Shown here piece by piece: positions 41,112 to 49,867 of a stretch of DNA of 64,000 nt (its first letter is position 1; every line of letters starts with the position of its first letter). The DNA is from Nitrospirales bacterium (GTDB lineage: Bacteria > Nitrospirota > Nitrospiria > Nitrospirales > UBA8639), in assembly GCA_965223295.1 (NCBI GenBank), contig CBDCWC010000003.1, forward strand, positions 160,001 to 224,000, given 5' to 3'. The notes under the pieces are model-generated. The model did no database searches. It was not told the origin of the DNA and saw only the letters and a list, made by a program, of their open reading frames with translations. The position numbers were made by a program, and so were the translations under genes.

Positions 41112-41148
41112 TGCTGATATGTCAGCAGCGTACTGAAATGTCAGTACG
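41112..41148. promoter_or_regulatory. Tandem palindromes, candidate upstream activator sites
   Basis: tgCTGAtatgTCAGca and cgtaCTGAaatgTCAGtacg, centres 19 bp apart. Confidence 0.55.
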
Positions 41149-41193
41149 TTGGACCAGAAAATTGTTGGGGAGAAGGGAGGAATGCTGTTGAAG

Positions 41194-43020
41194 CTATTTT
41201 TTAACGTCGATTCCCAGCTTTCGCATCCGCGACCACAGGGTTGAGCGGTTCATGCCGAGTAAAGCCGCTGCTCCTTTTGGACCCGCAAGGACTCCGCCGG
41301 TTTTATCAAGTGCATCAAGAATGAGGCTACGCTCGGCGACTTCTAAGGTAGGAGCCTTTGGAGGATTGACCTCCGGTCCGGTTAAAAAACCAATGTGCTC
41401 TTCCGTTAGCACTCGGCCTTGGCAGAGGATGACAGCTCGTTCGAGAATATTTGCCAGCTCACGGACATTCCCCGGCCAATCAAAACGTCGGAGCCTATCA
41501 AATGCCGAATCGCTGATACTCTTAATTGGCTTCCCCATTCTCCTGGAAAAATTTCGCACAAAATAGTTGGCCAACTGTGGGATATCATCCTTTCGTTCTT
41601 TCAGCGAAGGAATGAAAATAGGAAAAATATTTAATCGATAAAACAGATCTGAGCGAAACGAACCGCGCCGTACTTCTTCTTGCAAATCTTTATTGGTTGC
41701 AGCAATCACACGTACATCAACTTTAATGGTGTGCGAGCCACCGACACGCTCGAATTCCTGTTCCTGTAGCACCCGCAAGAGTTTAATCTGCGTGTCATGT
41801 GGCAGCTCACCGACTTCATCCAAAAATATCGTGCCATGATGGGCCAATTCAAACCGGCCTTTCTTCTGTGTACCCGCACCGGTAAATGCCCCCTTCTCAT
41901 GTCCGAACAACTCGCTTTCAACCAAGCCCGCTGGCAATGCTCCGCAGTTTACTTTGATCATGATACGGTCTTTTCGATGACTCGCACTGTGGATCGCCCG
42001 CGCGATCAGTTCTTTTCCGGTTCCAGTTTCCCCGAGCAACAGCACGGTCGAATCCGTCGCCGCGACCATTTCGATATGTTTAAACACTCGCTCCATGGAG
42101 GGCGAGGTCCCGATAATCTCGCCGAAATTGAGTTCGTCTCTAAGCTCCTCTTTCAAATAGACATTTTGGTGATGGAGCCGGTCGAGTTGTTCTTCAGCCT
42201 TCTTTCGCTCCTCTATATCACGTAAAATAATCGTCACCAGGCATTGGCCAGAAATAGTAACCATAGAAAGGGTGCCCTCGATAGGAAACTCTTCTCCATC
42301 ACCTCGAACGGCGGTCTGTCCTTCCGGAACCCAGAGTGGAGTTTTTTTCTTCTGCCGCTTCATGTCATGAACATAGTTTTGAAGCAACCCTCGCAATTCT
42401 TCAGACAGAAACGACTCGAGTGACCGGCCTTCAACCGCTTCACGGTCACACCGAAACATCTTTTCGGCGGACTCATTGTAAAGAACAATTCTTAAGTCTT
42501 CATCCACCGTAATGATCGCATCCATGGCCGTAGTAATGATGCCATTCAGTCGTTCACGACTCTCATAAAGCGCCCGTTCCACTTTTTTTCGTTCAGTCAC
42601 ATCCACCAAAAACGACTGAGTGTGGATAAGCACATGATTCTCATCAAACTTGCCATGTGCAGACAACAACACATCGATGATCTCACCGTTCTTTTTAATG
42701 AACTGCAACTCGAGATTCGTGGCTAAGCCAGTTTTGAGAAACCTTTCTCTAAAGTGATAATCGATCGCATATGCTCCAGATGGCTTCGTCTGAAAGTCAG
42801 TGACCGGCCGGCCAAGAACCTCTTCCCGTCTATAGCCAAGGACATTCAGCCAATGCTGATTCACGCTCACCAGTTTCGCCTCTTTGTTCAAAGAATGCAT
42901 CATGACGGGGGTATGTTCATAGAGGAAACGATGCCGCTCTTCACTTTCTTTCAGCTCAGCCGTGCGTTCTTCAACTCGCCTTTCAAGTTCAGCCGCATCT
43001 CGTTTGCTAAATGAGGACAT
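41194..43020 (-). CDS. PAS-PAS sigma54-dependent activator (bEBP) with Fis-type HTH
   Basis: Two PAS/PAC domains, [56 protein letters not shown]. Confidence 0.95.
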   Translation of the reverse strand: MSSFSKRDAAELERRVEERTAELKESEERHRFLYEHTPVMMHSLNKEAKLVSVNQHWLNVLGYRREEVLGRPVTDFQTKPSGAYAIDYHFRERFLKTGLATNLELQFIKKNGEIIDVLLSAHGKFDENHVLIHTQSFLVDVTERKKVERALYESRERLNGIITTAMDAIITVDEDLRIVLYNESAEKMFRCDREAVEGRSLESFLSEELRGLLQNYVHDMKRQKKKTPLWVPEGQTAVRGDGEEFPIEGTLSMVTISGQCLVTIILRDIEERKKAEEQLDRLHHQNVYLKEELRDELNFGEIIGTSPSMERVFKHIEMVAATDSTVLLLGETGTGKELIARAIHSASHRKDRIMIKVNCGALPAGLVESELFGHEKGAFTGAGTQKKGRFELAHHGTIFLDEVGELPHDTQIKLLRVLQEQEFERVGGSHTIKVDVRVIAATNKDLQEEVRRGSFRSDLFYRLNIFPIFIPSLKERKDDIPQLANYFVRNFSRRMGKPIKSISDSAFDRLRRFDWPGNVRELANILERAVILCQGRVLTEEHIGFLTGPEVNPPKAPTLEVAERSLILDALDKTGGVLAGPKGAAALLGMNRSTLWSRMRKLGIDVKK

Positions 43021-43474
43021 AAATCGTTTCGCTTATCTTCTATTACCGTATGCGCATGACCCCTGCGCCGAGCGGCACCCATGGGAGATACGGCCCAGTT
43101 CAGATTGAATGGTATGGTTTGACCTGAAAGGCGTGAAGATCCGAGGCAGAAGAATCTGTTGCCGTTTGTGGGCGCTACCGAAGAATAGATGTCTGGTGCT
43201 GTGACGTTGCATCACCTCACTCATGAGAATGTGGGCTGGCTAGGTGCTCTGGGGGGAGATACGTGATGCTCAGTGGAGATATGCCATCAGCCAGCCCTCC
43301 TGAGAATAGGAAGGCAATAAGTAAATCTTGTAGAAAACCAAACGGTACCAAGGAGGCCAGAAAAAGGTCAATCGACGTAAAAATCTTTCCAATTTTTCAA
43401 CAAAGCTCAAATCATCCTAAAAACGGCGGTTGGATCACTCTCTCCTTCGATCAAGCGACAGGTAAATCTGCTTA

Positions 43475-43490
43475 TGGCATTCATATTGCT
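43475..43490 (+). promoter_or_regulatory. Putative sigma54 promoter for ECF paralog 2
   Basis: TGGCATTCATATTGCT (GG-N10-GC), divergent from the bEBP gene. Confidence 0.7.
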
Positions 43491-43559
43491 ATTTATCTCA
43501 TGAAATTGGCTAAAAGAGTGGAGAAAGATTCTTTATCAAGACGGAAGAAGGCCTCACCC

Positions 43560-44186
43560 ATGCTAGCCCCTCATCATCCCACATCAGCCCTAAACAAAGA
43601 CTCCTTGCGCAAACAAATGGAACACACACGAAGCAAGGACAATGATCATCACCAAGCGCTCATAACGAAAATGGCGAGAGGGAGTGAAGAGGCCTTATCG
43701 GAATTTTACCGGATCTTTGAGAAAAAGATTTATGCGTTCGTGCAAATCCGTTTAAACGATTCTCATGATGCCACCGACTTACTGAATGAAATCATGTGGG
43801 AGGTTTGGAAGGGCGCTGCGCGGTTTGAAGGTCGTTCAGCGGTCACAAGCTGGGTCTTTGGAATCGCTCATCACAAAATCGTTGATCGCATACGAAGCAA
43901 AACTCGGCATCCCACGGAACAACTTGAAACCATCGAATCTTATGAATCAGATCTCGATCTTGAAACCCTTGTAGGAAAGAGGCAGTTAGGGAGCCATATT
44001 CAACATTGCATGGAGAAGTTATCTCATGAACAGCGGCAGGTTGTACATTTCGCGTTCTTTGAAGACTTCTCGTATCGGGAGATCAGTGAGATCGTTGGGA
44101 GTCCAGAAGGCACGATTAAGGCACGAATGTTTCATGCCAAGCAAGCACTCAAACGCTGCCTAGCAAGACGGCTCAAAGCAGATTGA
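43560..44186 (+). CDS. ECF sigma factor (paralog 2, no adjacent anti-sigma)
   Basis: Closely similar to 32214-32834; identical EIVGSPEGTIKARMFHAKQALKRCLARR; start uncertain (43560 or 43618). Confidence 0.92.
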   Translation: MLAPHHPTSALNKDSLRKQMEHTRSKDNDHHQALITKMARGSEEALSEFYRIFEKKIYAFVQIRLNDSHDATDLLNEIMWEVWKGAARFEGRSAVTSWVFGIAHHKIVDRIRSKTRHPTEQLETIESYESDLDLETLVGKRQLGSHIQHCMEKLSHEQRQVVHFAFFEDFSYREISEIVGSPEGTIKARMFHAKQALKRCLARRLKAD

Positions 44187-44268
44187 GAGGTTTTTAGTTG
44201 AAATAATCGAGCAAAATAAAGGTAGCGCACAAAAACAATACCGAGAGCAATCAAGAAAGGAGAATATC

Positions 44269-45240
44269 ATGGTGGCAAAATATCGGAATAACCTACCACA
44301 ACTATCCGATGAAATATTTCTTACTGATGGTGGCATGGAAACGACGCTTGTATTCCATGAGGGGTTGGATCTTCCTGCCTTCGCGGCCTTTACGTTGCTT
44401 AAAGCAGAAGAGGGACGACAAGCCATGCGTGAGTATTTTGATCGCTATATTCCACTCGCCACTAAAAACGAGCTGGGGTTTGTGCTGGAAAGCCCTACAT
44501 GGCGAGCGAATCCAGACTGGGCCGCGAAAATTGGGTATGGGCCAGAGGATTTGCATGCGGCGAATCGCGAGGGAATTTCTTTTATAGAAGAAATTCGTGG
44601 TCGCCATGAAACAACGCAGTCTAAAATGCCAATAAGCGGCTGCATCGGCCCCCAGGGCGATGGATATAATCCCTCCTGTTTTATGAGTGCAGAAGAAGCC
44701 GAACAATACCATCAGTCGCAAATTGATACGTTCAAGGATACAGCTGCTGACTTTGTCACGTCCTTTACGATCTGCTATGCGGAGGAAGCTATTGGTATCA
44801 CGCGGGCCGCCCAGAATGCGGGTATACCCGTCACTATAGGCTTTACCCTTGAGACAGATGGAAGGCTTCCAAGTGGGCAATCTCTCAAAGATGCCATTGA
44901 GCAAGTCGATGGCGAAACGGGAAATCTTCCCATTTACTACATGGTCAATTGTGCTCACCCTACGCATTTTATGAATGTGTTCGTGGGCGAACCTTGGGCA
45001 GAACGTATCCGCGCGATCCGTGCCAACTCTTCAAAAATGAGCCATGCAGAGCTAGATAATGCTGAAAAGTTGGATGAAGGCAACCCGCAAGAGTTTGGGC
45101 AGGAATATCTTCTGTTACGTTCAAAACTCCCAAACCTAAATATACTTGGCGGTTGCTGCGGCACAGACCATCGTCATGTGGAAAGTGTGTGCCAGATATG
45201 GCTGAGAGATAGCCATGAAGTTTTGGCCGGGCAAAACTAA
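44269..45240 (+). CDS. Homocysteine S-methyltransferase-family protein
   Basis: LTDGGMET, IGPQGDGY, VNCAHP, GGCCG zinc ligands. Confidence 0.9.
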   Translation: MVAKYRNNLPQLSDEIFLTDGGMETTLVFHEGLDLPAFAAFTLLKAEEGRQAMREYFDRYIPLATKNELGFVLESPTWRANPDWAAKIGYGPEDLHAANREGISFIEEIRGRHETTQSKMPISGCIGPQGDGYNPSCFMSAEEAEQYHQSQIDTFKDTAADFVTSFTICYAEEAIGITRAAQNAGIPVTIGFTLETDGRLPSGQSLKDAIEQVDGETGNLPIYYMVNCAHPTHFMNVFVGEPWAERIRAIRANSSKMSHAELDNAEKLDEGNPQEFGQEYLLLRSKLPNLNILGGCCGTDHRHVESVCQIWLRDSHEVLAGQN

Positions 45241-45280
45241 TCTGATACGGAGGGAAATAGTGAAGGAGCTAGATAATTCC

Positions 45281-45337
45281 CGAATGTTTCCTGCCAAGCA
45301 AGCGCTCAACCGCTGTTTGTCCAGAAAGATCAAATAA
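45281..45337 (+). pseudogene. Remnant 3' end of an ECF sigma gene
   Basis: RMFPAKQALNRCLSRKIK* versus RMFHAKQALKRCLARRLKAD* of ECF paralog 2. Confidence 0.85.
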
Positions 45338-45352
45338 TCTTGAGGAGTTTGC

Positions 45353-46102
45353 ATGAGTTCTAGATCTTTACAGAAATCGACAACCAGCTACCAACACCAA
45401 ATTGTCCTAGCAATGGCAGCATGGGCAATCTGGTTCATGATGACAGGGTCTGTACTCAGTTACGGGGCAGACAACGACATACAGGTCTTCCAACACGGTG
45501 ATGACAATCAAGCCACCTTGACGAACACCGGGCAATCGAATCGAGCGGTGGTGACACTAGGGGGTAACCATAGCGAAGTACGCATTGAACAGGTCGGTGA
45601 GAACCATCAGGCTGAACTGACGCAAGATGGAGAAGACAATCTCCTCACCGTTTATCAAGAGGGAGAGGACCATACAGCAAATATGACGCAAGGGTTGAAC
45701 ACAGTGGGCAACACCATCAGCTTGGAGCAAATCGGCATGGCCCATACGGCTACGGCCATCCAAGAAGGGGCTTTGAACTTGATCGCGCAACAGCAACAGG
45801 GATTTGATAACCAACTGGAAGCCTACCAAGATGGCGACAACAACCAGATCAAGCAAGAACAAGAGGGGTCTGGTAACCGAGCGACGGCCCGCCAAGTTGG
45901 AGACGGAAACAGCATTGCCCAAACACAAATGGGAAATGACAATCAGTCAGACGCTCTACAATTCGGTCAGGATAACAGCATCACCCATACACAAGTCGGC
46001 GATGGGTTAGCCTATTCGGTGGTGCAAGAGGGACATGGGATGGAGATCACGATCACGCAAGACATGTTGGGCACCGTGGTCACACCTCCCCCCGGGCAGT
46101 GA
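45353..46102 (+). CDS. csgB: Curlin-repeat protein, CsgB-like
   Basis: Signal peptide; ~9 22-aa repeats with QxG..N/H..Q periodicity; CsgB-like ending YSVVQEGHGMEITITQ. Confidence 0.75.
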   Translation: MSSRSLQKSTTSYQHQIVLAMAAWAIWFMMTGSVLSYGADNDIQVFQHGDDNQATLTNTGQSNRAVVTLGGNHSEVRIEQVGENHQAELTQDGEDNLLTVYQEGEDHTANMTQGLNTVGNTISLEQIGMAHTATAIQEGALNLIAQQQQGFDNQLEAYQDGDNNQIKQEQEGSGNRATARQVGDGNSIAQTQMGNDNQSDALQFGQDNSITHTQVGDGLAYSVVQEGHGMEITITQDMLGTVVTPPPGQ

Positions 46103-46108
46103 CACTTC

Positions 46109-46196
46109 GTCATTCCCGCGTGGGCGGGAATCTAAATTCGCCAGTCACGAAGCTGGTGAAGAAAGGTGGATACCCGCCACATTCTGCGGGTATGAC
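46109..46196. repeat. Pair of REP/dRS3-like hairpins
   Basis: gtcattcccgcgtgggcgggaatcta ... tggatacccgccacattctgcgggtatgac. Confidence 0.7.
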
Positions 46197-46464
46197 AAGA
46201 TTTGGGATTAGGACACATGGTTCGAACAGGTTCACATGACACGTATCGAAACCTCATTCTGAGTTCGTCGAAAAATGGTTTAACAGGGACATCTTAGATG
46301 GGTGACATATAAAACATTCTGCTAGCGTTTAAGGGAAGAAACGCTAGAACCATTCTACGCAGCAGGGCAACGCGCGAGTCCGCAAGCGAAGGATGAAAAA
46401 GAAGGCTTCCCAAATAAAAAGTATTGTTCACCAACACATTTCATGTTTAACAAGGAGAATGATC

Positions 46465-47103
46465 ATGAACCATCGATCACTTATACACACATCAGTAAGC
46501 AGTTTATTCATGCTTGCATTGCTCACTGCCGGGACTGGGGTCTCGGCACAAGATAACGTTGCGGACTTCTTGCAGGAGGGCGACGACAATGTCGCGACCA
46601 TTGTCCAAGTCCCGGACGCTGAGGGAGTGGAAGCCTTTATTAGTCAAGCCGGCGATGACAACACGGCGGAAATCGTCCAAAACCAGAACTCCTCACACAA
46701 TCTGGCTATCATCGACCAAAGCGGCGATGGAAACAACACGGATATTAACCAATTTGGAGGCTCATCCAACAACGTGGCTATGATCGACCAAAGCGGCGAT
46801 GACAATAATGCGCTAATCCAGCAAAATCTAAACTCCGTCGACAATGTGGCCACCGTCGACCAAAGCGGCAATGACAACTCCGCATTTCTCGAACAAATCA
46901 ATGGTACTGAAAACAATACAGCCTCCATTGATCAAAGCGGCGATGACAATTCGGCCGCCATTTTCCAACTTGGCACGAACAACGTCGCCAGCGTGGATCA
47001 ATCGGGAGATGACAATGAGGCCAATGTGAACATGATTGACAATTTCGACATGGTGTCTGTGGTGCAATCTGGCAATGGTAACGTAGCCAATTACAACCCA
47101 TGA
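46465..47103 (+). CDS. csgA: Major curlin-like subunit 1 (8 repeats, acidic)
   Basis: Signal peptide ending VSA; NxAx(I/V)DQSGDxNxAxIxQ repeats; AAGGAG RBS. Confidence 0.8.
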   Translation: MNHRSLIHTSVSSLFMLALLTAGTGVSAQDNVADFLQEGDDNVATIVQVPDAEGVEAFISQAGDDNTAEIVQNQNSSHNLAIIDQSGDGNNTDINQFGGSSNNVAMIDQSGDDNNALIQQNLNSVDNVATVDQSGNDNSAFLEQINGTENNTASIDQSGDDNSAAIFQLGTNNVASVDQSGDDNEANVNMIDNFDMVSVVQSGNGNVANYNP

Positions 47104-47127
47104 ATTGAAGAGTTCATGGATGGATAA

Positions 47128-47163
47128 GGGCCTGGGGAGGGAGATAACCCTCCCTCCACAGCC
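47128..47163 (+). terminator. Hairpin after csgA1
   Basis: ggagggag-ataacc-ctccctcc stem. Confidence 0.45.
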
Positions 47164-47240
47164 AAAGAAGAATAGTACATGGACCACAATTAACCACTCA
47201 TTTTCAGCCTAGCTGGTAATGTTGACGAAAGAGGATTGAA

Positions 47241-48467
47241 ATGAAACATCGATCATTCAGACATACATCAATCACCAGTCTATTCGTGCTTGCATTGCTC
47301 ACTGCCGGAACCGAGGTCTCGGCACAAGATAACGTGGCGGACTTCCTACAGGAAGGAGATAACAATGTAGCCACCATACTTCAAGTCCCGGATGCTGAAG
47401 GAGTCGAGGCTATTATTAGTCAAGCCGGAAATGACAACGAGGCGGAAATTGAGCAAGCGGGGGAGGATATTGCCCACCTTGTTGTTTCTATCAACCAAAG
47501 CGGCGATGGAAACGACGCGGATATCCTCCAAGAAAATGACTCCTCGAACAACGTAGCCTCTATCAACCAAAGTGGCAATGGGAACGATGGGGAGATCAAC
47601 CAAGAGTTGAACTCTTCCAACAACGAGGCCACCATCGACCAAAGTGGCGATGGGAACAATGCGGATGTCCTCCATGAGATAGACTCGTTTGACAACGTTG
47701 GCTCCGTCGATCAAAGCGGAAATGACAACCTTGCAGATATTACCCAAGATTTTGACTCCGCGAACAACGTAGCCTCTATCGACCAAAGTGGCGATGGGAA
47801 CACGGCCGATATTAACCAGAACGAGGATTCTGAAAACAATACAGCCTCCATTGATCAAAGTGGCGATGACAATGTAGCGGAAATCAACCAAAGTCTGGAA
47901 GCCGGAAACAATGAAGCAAACATCACTCAAGATGGGGACGGCAACTTTGCGAAAGTTGAACAAGATGAAGCAGCCGAAGGCAATGTAGGTTCTATCGACC
48001 AGAGTGGCGACAACAACGAGGCGGGCATTACTCAAGACGATGTCTCGGAAAACAATGTTGCCAACATCAATCAGAGTGGGAATAACAACTTTGCGGAGCT
48101 TGAGCAGCAAATCACTTCTTCCCACAACACAGCCTCCATCGTCCAAAGCGGAGATGGCAATGAGGCAACTCTCGAACAGCTACTCACTTCTTCCCACAAC
48201 ACAGCCTCTATCGTCCAAAGCGGTAACACGAATGCAGCTAACATAAATCAAAGTCTTAACTCTGAAAACAATGAAGCCACGATTGACCAAAGTGGCAATG
48301 ACAACTTGGCAAGTATTAATCAGAGTGTTGACAGTATGAACAATGTAGCCAGTGTGGACCAATCCGGCGACAATAACGAAGCCTTAATTAATATGACCGG
48401 TCAAGAATTTGATGTGGTGAATGTTGTACAGTCAGGGAATGGCAATGAGGCCTTTTATAACCCATGA
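47241..48467 (+). CDS. csgA: Major curlin-like subunit 2 (16 repeats, acidic)
   Basis: Paralog of 46465-47103; 24-aa (72-nt) QSG repeats. Confidence 0.8.
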   Translation: MKHRSFRHTSITSLFVLALLTAGTEVSAQDNVADFLQEGDNNVATILQVPDAEGVEAIISQAGNDNEAEIEQAGEDIAHLVVSINQSGDGNDADILQENDSSNNVASINQSGNGNDGEINQELNSSNNEATIDQSGDGNNADVLHEIDSFDNVGSVDQSGNDNLADITQDFDSANNVASIDQSGDGNTADINQNEDSENNTASIDQSGDDNVAEINQSLEAGNNEANITQDGDGNFAKVEQDEAAEGNVGSIDQSGDNNEAGITQDDVSENNVANINQSGNNNFAELEQQITSSHNTASIVQSGDGNEATLEQLLTSSHNTASIVQSGNTNAANINQSLNSENNEATIDQSGNDNLASINQSVDSMNNVASVDQSGDNNEALINMTGQEFDVVNVVQSGNGNEAFYNP

Positions 48468-48892
48468 ATCAAAGATCTCACAGAGGCTTTAGTGGCATGA
48501 TTACTTGGAGAGCGAGTGCCCACCTTCCTGGGTGGGTGCTCTGCCTAGGGGTTGGCCTCTGGTTATGTTTGGGACCAGTTGAGGCAGGGCAATCTTCTCT
48601 CCACACGGCAGATGAGGAAGCACAGATGGATACGAATCAGCAAATCATCATCCAAGAAGGCCAGAATAATCACAAAGCCATCACCCAGGATGGTGAGCAT
48701 CTGAAGCTGCGCCTGGAGCAGCGCGGAACCGATAACAAGTCAACCATTACTCAACAAGGTAATGACAATCAGGCGGAGTCGATTCAAGAGGGTGATCGCA
48801 ACAGTAGTCGCATTCGTCAAAAAGGTTCTGGCAACCGAGCCGCCATTCGACAGGATGGTTCTTCGCGAACCAAGAAGCGAGAGACCTCATGA
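48464..48892 (+). CDS. Minor curlin-repeat protein with basic C-terminus
   Basis: Signal-like N-terminus; QxGxxN repeats (QEGQNN, QRGTDN, QQGNDN, QKGSGN); start could be 48497. Confidence 0.75.
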   Translation: MNQRSHRGFSGMITWRASAHLPGWVLCLGVGLWLCLGPVEAGQSSLHTADEEAQMDTNQQIIIQEGQNNHKAITQDGEHLKLRLEQRGTDNKSTITQQGNDNQAESIQEGDRNSSRIRQKGSGNRAAIRQDGSSRTKKRETS

Positions 48893-49332
48893 GAAACACG
48901 CTGCCCCGTTACATACTCTTGCAAGTCGGGCTACAAATGTGGTGTCTCGTTTTTATCATGGGCTTGCTCTCGCCCATGGCGACTCTGGCTGTGACGCCGC
49001 CCCGAGAAGATGAAACAGACGATACTTTCTTGGGGATTGCGGGCTTGGTCGTGGATGAAACACGCACGGTAGCGGGGCGACGATTTTTCGAAGGCCTCGC
49101 TTCTCAATTGACGGATCTTGGGGGACAGACAGAGAACATTGTGGTGACCGAGCTGGCAGATCCCCGCTTTGGCAGCCGCCTCTCAGTCAACGTGGGACCC
49201 GCACTCGTCTTTCGGCGATTTTTGGCCCCGCGGCTGGGAGATGTCGACAAGGAAGTGGAATTGGCGGTATCCAGAGTCCATCGAGTATTGAACATGGCAC
49301 ACCAGCTTCAGCAAGCATTGGAGATGTACTAA
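48889..49332 (+). CDS. csgE: Curli assembly protein CsgE
   Basis: GLVVDETRTVAGRRFF..NIVVTE..PRFGSRLSV..VFRRFLAP. Confidence 0.85.
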   Translation: MRNTLPRYILLQVGLQMWCLVFIMGLLSPMATLAVTPPREDETDDTFLGIAGLVVDETRTVAGRRFFEGLASQLTDLGGQTENIVVTELADPRFGSRLSVNVGPALVFRRFLAPRLGDVDKEVELAVSRVHRVLNMAHQLQQALEMY

Positions 49333-49399
49333 TGGGCCATGAGTGGCGACACCTTCGTCGTCAAAGCACACATTGGATAGGCCACAAGGGAGGGTTGAG

Positions 49400-49825
49400 A
49401 TGAAATGTTTTTTTATACTTCTTTCGCTAATATTTTCCTTTTTCACGTGGGATGGCAACGTGCATCAATCAGCAGCCTCGGAACTCCGGCATACCTTTAC
49501 GAATCCGAATTTTGGGGGCAACCCGTTTAATGGTCAACCTCTCTTAAATTCCGCTGTCTTACAGAATGATTTTGACGGAGAGGAGGACGACAGTCGGCCC
49601 GGAGTCCTTGAAGATTTTCAGACTCGCTTAGATCGGGCTATTTTCAATCGCCTGTCCCGCGAAATTGTGGCGGAAGCCTTCGGCGAGGACAGTGACCTCA
49701 CCCCAGGCACCTTTGATACAGGGGATTTTCAGATTGACATCTCCGAAGATGTCGACGGGGTGACGGTTGGCATCGTGGACAAGCTGACGGGGGATACCAC
49801 CACCATCCAAGTTCCGTTTTTTTAA
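49400..49825 (+). CDS. csgF: Curli assembly protein CsgF
   Basis: SELRHTFTNPNFGGNPFNGQPLLNSAVLQN; TGDTTTIQVP. Confidence 0.92.
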   Translation: MKCFFILLSLIFSFFTWDGNVHQSAASELRHTFTNPNFGGNPFNGQPLLNSAVLQNDFDGEEDDSRPGVLEDFQTRLDRAIFNRLSREIVAEAFGEDSDLTPGTFDTGDFQIDISEDVDGVTVGIVDKLTGDTTTIQVPFF

Positions 49826-49867
49826 TGCCATGGCATTATTGTGATTTTGATAAGGAGATGTGTTGTC

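Noticed and set aside
43263-43559. Long N-terminal extension of ECF paralog 2 in the ORF track
   Set aside because: It spans the putative sigma54 promoter and has no counterpart in paralog 1
44302-44967. 221-aa minus-strand ORF (and 47346-48146)
   Set aside because: Antisense shadows of well-supported plus-strand genes
46355-46395. gcagggcaa.. upstream of csgA1 as a c-di-GMP-I riboswitch
   Set aside because: Lacks the GAAA-loop stem and the GGGACGCAAAGC segment
47500-48420. Regular 72-nt periodic repeats resembling a CRISPR array
   Set aside because: They are in-frame curlin coding repeats with codon-level variation; no cas genes in the window
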